The notes under the pieces are model-generated. The model saw only the letters and a list, made by a program, of their open reading frames with translations, was not told the origin of the DNA and did not search any database. Below are positions 1 to 8,536 of a stretch of 64,000 nucleotides of DNA, one piece after another. The DNA is from an uncultured Lentimicrobiaceae bacterium. GTDB taxonomy: Bacteria; Bacteroidota; Bacteroidia; Bacteroidales; WCHB1-69. Location of the stretch: the NCBI GenBank assembly GCA_964598505.1, contig CAZRCF010000001.1:150543-214542 (forward strand), written 5' to 3'. Within the stretch, counting starts at the first letter, position 1. Every line of letters begins with the position of its first letter. The position numbers and the translations under genes are program-made.

Positions 1-33
1 GGTTTTCCACGACACCAATTCAATTAATGCCAT
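1..33 (-). CDS. hypothetical protein, 5' end only (runs off window)
   Basis: ATG at 33..31 overlaps the upstream stop as TAATG. Reads MALIELVSWKT and then leaves the window. Confidence 0.3.
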   Translation of the reverse strand, partial: MALIELVSWKT

Positions 34-221
34 TAGTTTTCACCTTCTTTCTCTTTTAATATTTCAATTTTTAAATGACCATATTTAAAATCTTTTAAAT
101 GGGATATTACTGTATCAAATATTCTTGCTCTCTTACCAATTTTTACTTCCCAAATTTCTTGTATGAGATTTTCATTATCGGAAAGTACAATTCTTATAGC
201 TTGTTTCATGTGTCGCTCCAA
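33..221 (-). CDS. hypothetical protein (62 aa)
   Basis: ORF track; part of the packed co-directional array. C-terminal KEKEGEN codons carry an extended SD for the next gene. Confidence 0.55.
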   Translation of the reverse strand: MERHMKQAIRIVLSDNENLIQEIWEVKIGKRARIFDTVISHLKDFKYGHLKIEILKEKEGEN

Positions 222-544
222 TTAAATCCTGACTTCAATAAGTATCTACAAGATAAGGTATCATACCAGTTTGACATGAGTTCTATAACTCTATTCACAT
301 GATATGTTATTGGTTCATCACCATCGTTTAATTCTCCAACGCTTTTGATTAATACTATATCTCCAAGAGCTTGAAGAAATTCTTTATCCTTGTAGTCGAA
401 GTTTACTAAACATCTTTTGATTTCGTTAATTATTAGTTGTTGATCTTCAACACAAGAGAAACCTTCGAAATCTTGAAAGTTGCCGGTTCCATACTTCTCA
501 ATCAATGTAGAAACATCTATTTTATTTCCTATGTATGACTCCAT
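206..544 (-). CDS. hypothetical protein (112 aa)
   Basis: ORF track; packed array; no motif recognised. Confidence 0.55.
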   Translation of the reverse strand: MESYIGNKIDVSTLIEKYGTGNFQDFEGFSCVEDQQLIINEIKRCLVNFDYKDKEFLQALGDIVLIKSVGELNDGDEPITYHVNRVIELMSNWYDTLSCRYLLKSGFNWSDT

Positions 545-546
545 TT

Positions 547-735
547 TTATTTTTCTCCTTTATTGTCTGGTTTGAATCTTATAAAAGCTATACTATCAAT
601 ACATATCCAGATTCTACCATCACTGGAGATTTGAATTCCAATATCACAAACCCTGTTTTTAGTTAATTCTCTAATCATATCTAGATTCTCTAGACTTATA
701 TGTCCGGATTGGTGAGTTTCTTTATATTCTTTCAT
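547..735 (-). CDS. hypothetical protein (62 aa)
   Basis: ORF track. The C-terminus ..NKGEK overlaps an AAGGAG SD for the next gene. Confidence 0.55.
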   Translation of the reverse strand: MKEYKETHQSGHISLENLDMIRELTKNRVCDIGIQISSDGRIWICIDSIAFIRFKPDNKGEK

Positions 736-894
736 TTATTCACCTTCTTTCTTAATTGATTTTTTAATGTTGTTAATTTCTTTTTGAATATTTTCGATAA
801 AATTAGGAGGTTCTGGAATGATGTTAAATTTTGGAATTACGTTTTGTATTATAAAATCATCAAAGAATGATTCCTCTGTAATTTCCGTTGCCAT
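736..894 (-). CDS. small hypothetical protein (52 aa, below ORF-track cutoff)
   Basis: Hand translation gives MATEITEESFFDD...SIKKEGE. It fills the gap between neighbours and ends in the same KEGE-stop junction as they do. Confidence 0.4.
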   Translation of the reverse strand: MATEITEESFFDDFIIQNVIPKFNIIPEPPNFIENIQKEINNIKKSIKKEGE

Positions 895-897
895 TTT

Positions 898-1113
898 TTA
901 TTCACCTTCTTTCGTTTCAATAATTATAGGATTATAAAAATCTCTTTCATCAGAAAAATTGGCTGGAATATCTCCTATTGTATCGGTTCCTTTAATAGGT
1001 TCAAGCTCCCCGAAACACCAGGATTGCATTGCTCCTTCTTTAATAATTTCATCTCTTTTAAGTTTTCGATATGGGTTTCCAAATCTCCAATATGTAATCT
1101 CTTTTATTGTCAT
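898..1113 (-). CDS. hypothetical protein (71 aa)
   Basis: ORF track; ends in the ..TKEGE junction motif. Confidence 0.55.
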   Translation of the reverse strand: MTIKEITYWRFGNPYRKLKRDEIIKEGAMQSWCFGELEPIKGTDTIGDIPANFSDERDFYNPIIIETKEGE

Positions 1114-1115
1114 TT

Positions 1116-1802
1116 TTATTCACCTTCTTTCTTGCTGATTATTTCAACATCATCATATCCAATTAACACTGGATGTTTATCCTGAAGAGCTTCAACTCCG
1201 AGTTTATGAATAGCATTTACAACAAATGCTTCACATTCTCCTTTTGCTTCCACAATAGTTTTATCTACTTGTTTTGTAAAAGACTTTTGAAGAAATGGTA
1301 AGTTTTGTTCTACGTTCATTTGAATATGATAAACAAGATCTGCAAGTCGTTGTCGATCTTCTTTTTTAAGAACTCCACTTCCTTTTAGAATAATTCCTAC
1401 TTCCTTTGCTGCATTTTTTGTTAAGTCTGAAATATTTTTAACATCTTTTGCAAATTCAATATCAATTTGTTGTTTCCTATTAATTTCAGGACAACTTTCT
1501 ATTGATTGTGAACCAATGTGCTGTAAAGTAACAGGAACACCATTTCCCATATTCATGCTTGTGATTGCTTCTGCAAACTGAACATCGCTCATAATTACAG
1601 TAATAATACTCTCTTTCCCAAAATACCTATCACGGTGTAAACTTCTAATTCTTTCTGCACGTTTAATAGTTAAACTGATTAAATTCGAATGAGTAACACT
1701 GCTTCCGAAAAGATTAATATTCGGTGAACATGTTTGTCTTGAAATTTCCAATAAGCCAAAACTTTCATGTTCTTCTTTTATATCTTCATCCATTTTATTC
1801 AC
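1116..1802 (-). CDS. hypothetical protein (228 aa)
   Basis: ORF track. AAGGGTGAATAAAATG-type junction upstream; no motif recognised. Confidence 0.6.
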   Translation of the reverse strand: MNKMDEDIKEEHESFGLLEISRQTCSPNINLFGSSVTHSNLISLTIKRAERIRSLHRDRYFGKESIITVIMSDVQFAEAITSMNMGNGVPVTLQHIGSQSIESCPEINRKQQIDIEFAKDVKNISDLTKNAAKEVGIILKGSGVLKKEDRQRLADLVYHIQMNVEQNLPFLQKSFTKQVDKTIVEAKGECEAFVVNAIHKLGVEALQDKHPVLIGYDDVEIISKKEGE

Positions 1803-1815
1803 CCTTATTTCTTGT

Positions 1816-2010
1816 TTAAAATATTATACCATACTTTGGCTCATTATTTTCTGCATCTTCAGTTTTAACAGTTTCCATATCAAACCCAGTTAATTCTAAA
1901 GTAGCATATAAATTTCTTAATGTATGTTTTTCAGTTTCAACCTTTTTTCTTTGAAGTTTTATATTTTCAATTAAATCATATTGTTCTTGAGTTATTTTAA
2001 TTTTATTCAC
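1816..2010 (-). CDS. hypothetical protein (64 aa), GTG start
   Basis: ORF track. The start codon is the GTG inside the GAAGGTGAATAA junction; start uncertain. Confidence 0.45.
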   Translation of the reverse strand: MNKIKITQEQYDLIENIKLQRKKVETEKHTLRNLYATLELTGFDMETVKTEDAENNEPKYGIIF

Positions 2011-2440
2011 CTTCTTTCTCGTTTAATATCGTTATATCTAATTGCCACTGATAATTACTTCGTTTATGCCATATCTCAAATGCTTCAACGATCAAGTCGT
2101 GTGCATCGAATATATTAATGTTATTTATCTTCATAAAGTGATTTCTAGCGCGACCAAAATGACCATCAATTTGAGCTTTACCCATATGTTTTACTTCGTG
2201 ACATTTCGTACACAGGGCTATAATTTTTTCAAGTTTTTGAATGTGTTTTATATCATCAAATGACCAAACTTCGTGACAATCTAACGATCTATTTTCTGCT
2301 ATATCATTACAAATTTCGCAGCGATTATTTGCTTTTCTTAATACTTTATGTCTAATTTCTTCCCATTCATATTTACTTAATATACTTCTTACATTATTAT
2401 AGAAGCTTGTTCTTGGGATTAGTTCAATTGTGAGTTTCAT
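2003..2440 (-). CDS. HNH-like zinc-finger nuclease-family protein (candidate)
   Basis: Motifs CEIC..(x9)..DCHEVW and CTKCHEVKH resemble the CxxC/H..H beta-beta-alpha-Me (HNH) pattern. Confidence 0.45.
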   Translation of the reverse strand: MKLTIELIPRTSFYNNVRSILSKYEWEEIRHKVLRKANNRCEICNDIAENRSLDCHEVWSFDDIKHIQKLEKIIALCTKCHEVKHMGKAQIDGHFGRARNHFMKINNINIFDAHDLIVEAFEIWHKRSNYQWQLDITILNEKEGE

Positions 2441-2441
2441 T

Positions 2442-2705
2442 TTAATATATGTTTAACCTTTTTGCAAGAGCAATTCTTGCCAATCTCTGTAATTTTCCAA
2501 TAGCATCTTTCCAATCAGCAGCGTCTTCATATTCTTTTGCTACTTCAATTGCTAGAGCCTCTAATTCAGGAGCAGCCGCCATTAAAAAAGCATCTTCTCC
2601 CATTCCGGTTTTAATTTCAGCAATTAAGTTTTCTTTATCATCAATAATACCATAATCACCATGACCCATACCTCGATCCTTCCAAGCTACTTTCCAAGAT
2701 TTCAT
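2442..2705 (-). CDS. hypothetical protein (87 aa)
   Basis: ORF track; packed array. Confidence 0.5.
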   Translation of the reverse strand: MKSWKVAWKDRGMGHGDYGIIDDKENLIAEIKTGMGEDAFLMAAAPELEALAIEVAKEYEDAADWKDAIGKLQRLARIALAKRLNIY

Positions 2706-2715
2706 CGTTTTCTCC

Positions 2716-3105
2716 TTATACAGTTGAATAGTTTATTTTAGATTTACAAACAGTACATGTACCACAATTTCTATCATTACAATCTGAAAAGTGAATCAAT
2801 TTTAATTTTTTAATTGCTTCTTCACCTTCTTTAAGTCGATCTTTATACATTTGAATGTCAAGTTTAAGTTCTCTGTTTTCATTTTCAAGATTGGATATTT
2901 GTTCATCTTTTCTTGCGTATAATCCACTAATTCCTAATGCGGCTTCTGTTGTATTAACATCTTCTTTCCAACGTTTATTTTTTGTAATTGCTTCTTCACC
3001 TTCTTTTAATTTGGTGAGAATTATTTTATATATTTCAGCATCAGAATCCCGATAATATCCATCCCCATGTGACTGTAATTCATCCAATAATTCTTCGTTG
3101 CTCAT
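2716..3105 (-). CDS. coiled-coil protein with C-terminal Cys cluster
   Basis: Internal repeat LKEGEEAI occurs twice. The C-terminus is CNDRNCGTCTVCKSK. Confidence 0.55.
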   Translation of the reverse strand: MSNEELLDELQSHGDGYYRDSDAEIYKIILTKLKEGEEAITKNKRWKEDVNTTEAALGISGLYARKDEQISNLENENRELKLDIQMYKDRLKEGEEAIKKLKLIHFSDCNDRNCGTCTVCKSKINYSTV

Positions 3106-3121
3106 ATTATTTTATCCTCCT

Positions 3122-3337
3122 TTATTTTGTTGGAAATGTTTCGTTAATAAATTTCTGAGCTTGAATTCTTTCTGGAAATTCTTTCAATAGAACTTTCTCA
3201 TAACCAATTCTCTTTCGAGCTACTACTTGAAAATTCTGTTTAAGACCTCCAACTACCAATTGAATTTCTGTTAAATCTTTCACAGCATATTTGCTTGTTC
3301 CAGAAATTCCCCATATCCAATGTTTTTTAGCAGCCAT
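3122..3337 (-). CDS. hypothetical protein (71 aa)
   Basis: ORF track; AAGGAG SD upstream. Confidence 0.5.
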   Translation of the reverse strand: MAAKKHWIWGISGTSKYAVKDLTEIQLVVGGLKQNFQVVARKRIGYEKVLLKEFPERIQAQKFINETFPTK

Positions 3338-3506
3338 TGTCTTTCTCCTTAAATTTCTTTAAACAACTAGGACAAACATTTCCTGCTGATTTGTGACCAG
3401 TAATATCTGGTCGCCATTCTGAAGGATTACATTTACTACAAAAAATCTTTGCACAAACTTGACAGATATATTCATCTCTCCCACAACACGCGCTAAAGTG
3501 TGGCAT
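3327..3506 (-). CDS. small Cys-rich zinc-ribbon-like protein (59 aa)
   Basis: Hand translation gives MPHFSACCGRDEYICQVCAKIFCSKCNP...CPSC. GGAGG lies 8 nt upstream of the ATG at 3506. Confidence 0.45.
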   Translation of the reverse strand: MPHFSACCGRDEYICQVCAKIFCSKCNPSEWRPDITGHKSAGNVCPSCLKKFKEKDNGC

Positions 3507-3508
3507 TT

Positions 3509-3820
3509 CTAAACCTCCTCTTTTTCTGATTTTTCATGAGCTTCAACAGCTCGGTTCCATCTTGCGAGATACTCTTTAAACGATGCGAGATTCACATATA
3601 ATAACTCCCCGCTAAAAACACAGGCATCTAATGCATCCATTTCTTCATTTCCAGACATTTTCTTCTCCTCCTTATTTTTAGATCCTATACATGTTGCTAA
3701 TGTGCAACCCATACAAAAACATACCCGACAGTAATTTAATGCATTGCAGTCACTATTTCTTTTACATGAAATAGAAGGGGCAAACTTACAATATTCTACA
3801 CGATGTGTTTCAGTTAACAT
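3509..3820 (-). CDS. Cys-rich hypothetical protein (103 aa)
   Basis: ORF track. AAGGAGAAATAAAAATG start context; multiple Cys pairs. Confidence 0.55.
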   Translation of the reverse strand: MLTETHRVEYCKFAPSISCKRNSDCNALNYCRVCFCMGCTLATCIGSKNKEEKKMSGNEEMDALDACVFSGELLYVNLASFKEYLARWNRAVEAHEKSEKEEV

Positions 3821-3832
3821 TTTTATTTCTCC

Positions 3833-4000
3833 TTATTCTAATTCTGGTAAAATTCTTTCTATCATTGCTTCTTCAACAAAACTTACAAGAGTTCCAGTTT
3901 CGTCTTCGTCTAATTCATCCAGACCTTTGAATTTTATTGAAACCTCTTTTACTTCTTCTCCATCAATATCAATTCCCATAACCATAATTATTCTCTTCAT
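3833..4000 (-). CDS. small acidic hypothetical protein (55 aa)
   Basis: Hand translation gives MKRIIMVMGIDIDGEEV...LPELE. It is the first ORF downstream of the promoter-like motif at 4051-4085. Confidence 0.4.
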   Translation of the reverse strand: MKRIIMVMGIDIDGEEVKEVSIKFKGLDELDEDETGTLVSFVEEAMIERILPELE

Positions 4001-4050
4001 TTATTTTTCCTTTCGAAATTAAAATCTCGTAGCGTAATCGCTAAGAGTTT

Positions 4051-4085
4051 ATTATATAATTTCTATATATATAATTTGATTAATA
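4051..4085 (-). promoter_or_regulatory. promoter-like element with invariant ATATAGAAAT block (copy 1)
   Basis: Minus strand reads ATATAGAAAT-TA-TATAAT. The decamer core is at 4059-4068. It sits between a terminator hairpin and the next gene. Confidence 0.55.
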
Positions 4086-4091
4086 AAAATT

Positions 4092-4122
4092 GCGGCAAGA
4101 CCTCATAAAGAGATCTTGCCGC
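4092..4122 (-). terminator. intrinsic terminator; CGGCAAGA(T/C)CT palindromic element variant
   Basis: 13-bp stem GCGGCAAGACCTC/GAGATCTTGCCGC with one mismatch. Followed on the minus strand by AATTTTTATT. Confidence 0.65.
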
Positions 4123-4129
4123 TTTTAAA

Positions 4130-4357
4130 TTAATCTTTCTTTTCTTTTAAACGCTCAAACGATTTAATAATGATTGAAAATGGCATCCAAATAGGACATG
4201 TTAGAACAGCCCATTTTATCATAAAGAATGAAAAGTAGCACATTGCCGGTATTAATAACCAATAATATAACCACCCTTGTGAGAATACATTCATATCATA
4301 TTGAAACATTTTCCAAAGAAATGATAAATACTCATTAATAATATCTTGATATATCAT
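4130..4357 (-). CDS. small membrane protein (75 aa)
   Basis: Hydrophobic segments WLYYWLLIPAMCYFSFFMIKWAVL. Confidence 0.55.
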   Translation of the reverse strand: MIYQDIINEYLSFLWKMFQYDMNVFSQGWLYYWLLIPAMCYFSFFMIKWAVLTCPIWMPFSIIIKSFERLKEKKD

Positions 4358-5166
4358 GCAATTTCTCGCATATACATAGCTGTGTTACCAACTGTTTCAT
4401 CAACTTCAATTTGTATGTTTCCCTGAGTGATTCCAAAGTTATTTAAACACATGTAGTTAATTTTATTAGCAAATAGGAATGCCATATTTTCCGCAGTCGG
4501 ATCTAATTCAAAAGGCATAATCACAATCTTCTGATTATGTTTCGCCATATCTACTAACATTGGATCTTTACTATTTAAAACAATAGCATGATCCATTTCA
4601 TTTAGATCTTCTTGAAATGTTTTCAAGAGACTAAAATCAACAACCATATTTGGATTTTTCATCTTCTTAATATCTTCAATGAAAATACTAACTCTGACAA
4701 CATAGCTGTGACCATGGATTTTAGAACAAGGGTGTCCTTCTCCCATACACATTAGTCTATGTGAAGATTCAAACTTAAAGCTCTTCGTTATTCCATACAT
4801 TCCTCTTATATCTCCTTGTTGATTTATTAAATTATTTGATTGACATTTATTACATCTTGATATTAATAATTTTAAAGAGTTATTTTTATCAATTTTATGA
4901 TTGATGTAATTACTTGATAGATATGAAAAAACTTGCGTTTCATCAAAATCTAATGGTGAATTATGATTATATCCTCTTTTAATTAATTCATCAGCAAGAA
5001 TATCATGACGATTTTTTAAAGATAATGGTTCTAATAAATCATTATTTATATAACCATCAATATTAATTTGTTTCTTTAAACTTCCAAGAAACATGTGACA
5101 TTCATTATGTTCACCTAAGAGATGTTGTCGGCACATGATTTTTGGTGTACACATCCACAATCTCAT
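4354..5166 (-). CDS. queD: fusion: TIGR02328/pyrimidine-dimer-glycosylase-like N-domain + 6-carboxy-tetrahydropterin synthase QueD
   Basis: N-terminus MRLW..P..QHLLGEHNECH...RGYNH. C-terminal half has the QueD signature C-x3-HGH (CSKIHGHSYVV) and DHAIVLN. An internal AAGGAG lies before Met123 (ATG at 4800). Confidence 0.75.
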   Translation of the reverse strand: MRLWMCTPKIMCRQHLLGEHNECHMFLGSLKKQINIDGYINNDLLEPLSLKNRHDILADELIKRGYNHNSPLDFDETQVFSYLSSNYINHKIDKNNSLKLLISRCNKCQSNNLINQQGDIRGMYGITKSFKFESSHRLMCMGEGHPCSKIHGHSYVVRVSIFIEDIKKMKNPNMVVDFSLLKTFQEDLNEMDHAIVLNSKDPMLVDMAKHNQKIVIMPFELDPTAENMAFLFANKINYMCLNNFGITQGNIQIEVDETVGNTAMYMREIA

Positions 5167-5384
5167 AATTTTACTGAAATTTTAAGAGAATTCATAAGAG
5201 TTTCTTTTTTTCTTTTTTCTAATTCTTCTTTCGATGGAGATCCAGCAATTCCACCTAGAGGAGCATTACTAGCAAAAATATCAACAATCATTAATCCAGT
5301 TTCATCCATAAACTTTTGCATTGCTTCTTTAATGGTTGATTCTAATTGTTCTTTCTTTTCTAATAATTCATTCCTTACTGTCAT
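5163..5384 (-). CDS. hypothetical coiled-coil protein (73 aa; start moved to Met30 of track ORF)
   Basis: ATG at 5384 is preceded by GAGGGAGAA. The longer track ORF has no SD. Confidence 0.45.
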   Translation of the reverse strand: MTVRNELLEKKEQLESTIKEAMQKFMDETGLMIVDIFASNAPLGGIAGSPSKEELEKRKKETLMNSLKISVKL

Positions 5385-5541
5385 CAGTTTCTCCCTCAAG
5401 ATATTCTTCAATTGTATGAACAATAATACTTTCTCCATTAATTTCTTCTGTATCTGAGAACATCTCTTCAAATAAACAAATCAATTCTTTTATTGTCAAT
5501 GTATCTTCTGTTTCAACTTCAAGTACGATTTTGTGTATCAT
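5368..5541 (-). CDS. small acidic hypothetical protein (57 aa)
   Basis: ATGA overlap with the thyX stop suggests translational coupling. Hand translation gives MIHKIVLEVETED... Confidence 0.4.
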   Translation of the reverse strand: MIHKIVLEVETEDTLTIKELICLFEEMFSDTEEINGESIIVHTIEEYLEGETDDSKE

Positions 5542-6428
5542 TCAAACACCTCCGGATATAATTTTTTAAATTCATCATATAAAGGAATCATTAATTCTCT
5601 CATTTGTGGATGCGCCGCTGAAGAAGTTCTTAATTTAAAAATATGTTTCCATTCTTGTAAATCACAAGAAACAACTATTTCTGTTTTAAGAGAATTTGGT
5701 AATATACTTCTTGCTTGTTCTGGTTTCCAACCATCTCTTATTAAACTTGAATAAGCATGTTCTATTTCATAAAGTGATTTAAACCAAAGCCAACCATTTT
5801 TATGATCTGTTTCTCCCAATCCTTTTGGAGCGGTATTCCAACTATACTCACCTTCTTCAATCCAATCCAACCAAGGTGGAATTATATAAGTTATTTGATT
5901 TTGAAATTTATCTTTAGAATAATTACAATATCTTGTTGATTCCTGACTAAATGCTGGAGGTCGATGTCGGACTATTTCGTGACTGACACCTCTATCGCAT
6001 ATAAATTTGACTGTTGCCGAATACATATCCCATCTTTGCATATCATTAATTCTCTTAAACATTTCTAAAGTTGGAACTGAAAATTTATTTTTATTTTCAA
6101 AATTCCATTCTTCAAAAGCTCTTTGATTTCCAGCAACTATTGTTCCACTATAATAAAATGATGTATAGTTAAGAAATTTATATTTTGGAATATTATAAGT
6201 ATCATAATATCTTAATTCCCAACTATGTTCAGTTACAGAATAGTGTCCTCTATTTTTAATCATTTCAATAAATTTAATAGCCGAATCTTTTGTAATTTTA
6301 TCTTCTGATTTATAACAAGTTCTTCCCGAAGCCTCAATCAAATATTCTGGTCGATTATCATAACTATATGGTAAATCAAGCACATCTGAAGCGGCTAAGA
6401 TCTGATAACTTGGTTTTACTAAGAACAT
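5538..6428 (-). CDS. thyX: flavin-dependent thymidylate synthase ThyX
   Basis: ThyX motif RHRxxSxxxxSxR is present as VRHRPPAFSQESTRY. Confidence 0.9.
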   Translation of the reverse strand: MFLVKPSYQILAASDVLDLPYSYDNRPEYLIEASGRTCYKSEDKITKDSAIKFIEMIKNRGHYSVTEHSWELRYYDTYNIPKYKFLNYTSFYYSGTIVAGNQRAFEEWNFENKNKFSVPTLEMFKRINDMQRWDMYSATVKFICDRGVSHEIVRHRPPAFSQESTRYCNYSKDKFQNQITYIIPPWLDWIEEGEYSWNTAPKGLGETDHKNGWLWFKSLYEIEHAYSSLIRDGWKPEQARSILPNSLKTEIVVSCDLQEWKHIFKLRTSSAAHPQMRELMIPLYDEFKKLYPEVFE

Positions 6429-6438
6429 TCATTTCCCC

Positions 6439-6747
6439 CTATTGGATTATTTTTGGCGGTACATTAACATCTAATCCCGTTGTTAATTTAATATATGTTT
6501 TTTGAATTTCCGGTGGAGCATCAGTCATAGCAATTATAAACTTATCAACTGCAAGTTCTTTGATTGATTTAGCATCAAACGGAGCTAATATCGGAATAAT
6601 CATAGACTCAAGTTGTTGTGGATTAGTTCGAGATGGTTGAAAAATAATAGAATACCCTTCTGTTATAAATTGTCCAGTGTCTCGTTGTTCAAGTTTACCA
6701 ACTACTAGATCTCCTGAAATAATTTTACAAATTACGATTTGATACAT
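6439..6747 (-). CDS. hypothetical protein (102 aa)
   Basis: ORF track; packed array. Confidence 0.5.
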   Translation of the reverse strand: MYQIVICKIISGDLVVGKLEQRDTGQFITEGYSIIFQPSRTNPQQLESMIIPILAPFDAKSIKELAVDKFIIAMTDAPPEIQKTYIKLTTGLDVNVPPKIIQ

Positions 6748-6983
6748 GATTTATTTACCGTCCTTTTTAATTTTTTAATAGCTGAATTTTTAGCTATTTC
6801 AAGATCCAAATGATACATATCTTCCTGCATATTAAGAATACAAACTCTACATAAATTAGCGGATACTGAATAATAACTTGAACCATATTTAAATGTTAAA
6901 CAAGTTGTATTCTTCTCTATTTTTCTGCCGCATCCAAGACAACTTCTTGTGCCTTTAGTAATATCTATAATAAATTTTTTCAT
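6732..6983 (-). CDS. zinc-finger-like hypothetical protein (83 aa)
   Basis: CLGCGRK ... CRVC Cys pairs. Confidence 0.5.
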   Translation of the reverse strand: MKKFIIDITKGTRSCLGCGRKIEKNTTCLTFKYGSSYYSVSANLCRVCILNMQEDMYHLDLEIAKNSAIKKLKRTVNKSCIKS

Positions 6984-6988
6984 TTTTA

Positions 6989-7315
6989 TTACTCCCTTTC
7001 CATAGCTTCAATTAATCTTAATGTATCTATAATATTTTCAATATCATGAAGATTTCTAAATACATCATTCTTTATATGATCTAAAATATATTTTCTTCTT
7101 TTTCCTTTAATAATTTGTACTTCTTCTAAACCATCAATGGTTCCAATCAACAGCCCTCCATAAGCATCTTGAAAATCAAGATGAGTATAATTAACCTTAG
7201 TGTGACCAGTGGTTGCAGTAACCAAGCAAATGTCTTCATATTTACGATTATTCGCTCCTTTTCTGTTTATATTTATAACCATTCCAGGTTTTATCTTTGA
7301 CGCTTTTATTTTCAT
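6989..7315 (-). CDS. hypothetical protein (108 aa)
   Basis: ORF track; AGGAGAT SD upstream. Confidence 0.55.
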   Translation of the reverse strand: MKIKASKIKPGMVININRKGANNRKYEDICLVTATTGHTKVNYTHLDFQDAYGGLLIGTIDGLEEVQIIKGKRRKYILDHIKNDVFRNLHDIENIIDTLRLIEAMERE

Positions 7316-7330
7316 TTTTAATCTCCTACT

Positions 7331-7504
7331 TTAATCCCATTTACGATGACGTTTGTGACACGGGCTGCAATTAGTAATATCTTTATCACAATTCATTAAA
7401 TTTTCTATACGACATTCACAAGGTATACGTTGATTTGTATCGTTACATAATCCGTAATATTCGTTCTTTTTTAAATATTCAAGTATGATTTCTTTTACTG
7501 TCAT
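7331..7504 (-). CDS. small Cys-rich hypothetical protein (57 aa)
   Basis: Hand translation gives MTVKEIILEYLKKNEYYGLCND...CSPCHKRHRKWD. AGGAG lies upstream inside the end of queC. Confidence 0.4.
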   Translation of the reverse strand: MTVKEIILEYLKKNEYYGLCNDTNQRIPCECRIENLMNCDKDITNCSPCHKRHRKWD

Positions 7505-7507
7505 TAT

Positions 7508-8182
7508 TTACTCCTGATATTTAATCGGATCTTCTTTTCCAATATTTTTGAAAGCCTCTAGTCGTTCTGTACAAGAACCACATTTACCACAAGATAATTC
7601 ATTACTTGTATAACAAGTTCTTGTGAATTCATATGGAACAGGTTTATCAAAAGCATACCCCATTTTAAGAATACCTGTTTTATCTAAGGTTTGAACAGGT
7701 GTTTTAATGAAAATTTTTCCATCACTACTCCTATAAATTGCTTCACCCATAGCATCAATAAATCCTTGTCGGCAATCTGGGTATATTTCATGATCTCCCA
7801 TATGTGTTCCAACAGCAACAATATTTGCTCCAACTGATTCAGCATAACCTGCCATAATTGAAATGAAAATACTATTTCTTCCTGGAACAACTGTTAATGA
7901 CATATTTGAATCGTTATAATGTCCTTCTGGAATTTCTCCTTGACCATCTAAAAGATTGGATTTAAAGAGCTCGCCAATGAAATTAAGATGAACAATTTTT
8001 AATTCTTCAGTTTCATAATAGTCAGCTAATACTATAGCAGATAGCATTTCCTTATCATTGTGCTTACTACCATAATGAAAAAATAACGGATAAATCTTAT
8101 ATCCTTTATTAGCATAATATCCTAGAACTGTTGCTGAATCCATTCCTCCGCTTAAACCCATTACTACTGTGTTGTTTGACAT
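7508..8182 (-). CDS. queC: 7-cyano-7-deazaguanine synthase QueC
   Basis: PP-loop SGGMDS, plus a C-terminal CGKCGSC zinc motif. Start set at Met14, which has AGGAGG upstream. Confidence 0.88.
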   Translation of the reverse strand: MSNNTVVMGLSGGMDSATVLGYYANKGYKIYPLFFHYGSKHNDKEMLSAIVLADYYETEELKIVHLNFIGELFKSNLLDGQGEIPEGHYNDSNMSLTVVPGRNSIFISIMAGYAESVGANIVAVGTHMGDHEIYPDCRQGFIDAMGEAIYRSSDGKIFIKTPVQTLDKTGILKMGYAFDKPVPYEFTRTCYTSNELSCGKCGSCTERLEAFKNIGKEDPIKYQE

Positions 8183-8406
8183 ATTTCCTCCTTTTGTTTT
8201 GGTTGTTCTACTCTTGGACATAAATCATTTTTAAAATATTCAAATAATTCATTTATTAAATCTTGTTGATTATTATAAAGCAATACAGCCATTGTTGCTA
8301 AAATTGCAGCAATTCTATTATCTCCTAATTCTTTAGCAATATCTAATCCATGTGTTAAATTATTAAATAACTGTTCTGTGAGTAGCATTTCTTTTACGGT
8401 TTCCAT
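8164..8406 (-). CDS. hypothetical protein (80 aa)
   Basis: ORF track. First gene downstream of promoter-like copy 2. Confidence 0.5.
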   Translation of the reverse strand: METVKEMLLTEQLFNNLTHGLDIAKELGDNRIAAILATMAVLLYNNQQDLINELFEYFKNDLCPRVEQPKQKEEICQTTQ

Positions 8407-8442
8407 CTTTTACATCCTTTTTATTAAAATAAAATTTAGATA

Positions 8443-8477
8443 CATATATTATTTCTATATGAAATTTAACAATATTA
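8443..8477 (-). promoter_or_regulatory. promoter-like element with ATATAGAAAT block (copy 2)
   Basis: Minus strand reads ATATAGAAAT-AA-TATATG. The core is at 8451-8460, directly downstream of the terminator at 8480-8516. Confidence 0.55.
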
Positions 8478-8479
8478 AA

Positions 8480-8516
8480 AAATCGGCAAGAGCTTTAAGT
8501 TAGCTCTTGCCGATTT
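8480..8516 (-). terminator. intrinsic terminator; CGGCAAGAGCT palindromic element variant
   Basis: 15-bp stem AAATCGGCAAGAGCT/AGCTCTTGCCGATTT with T-run on the minus strand. Confidence 0.7.
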
Positions 8517-8536
8517 AAAATGTTAATAAATTCTTT

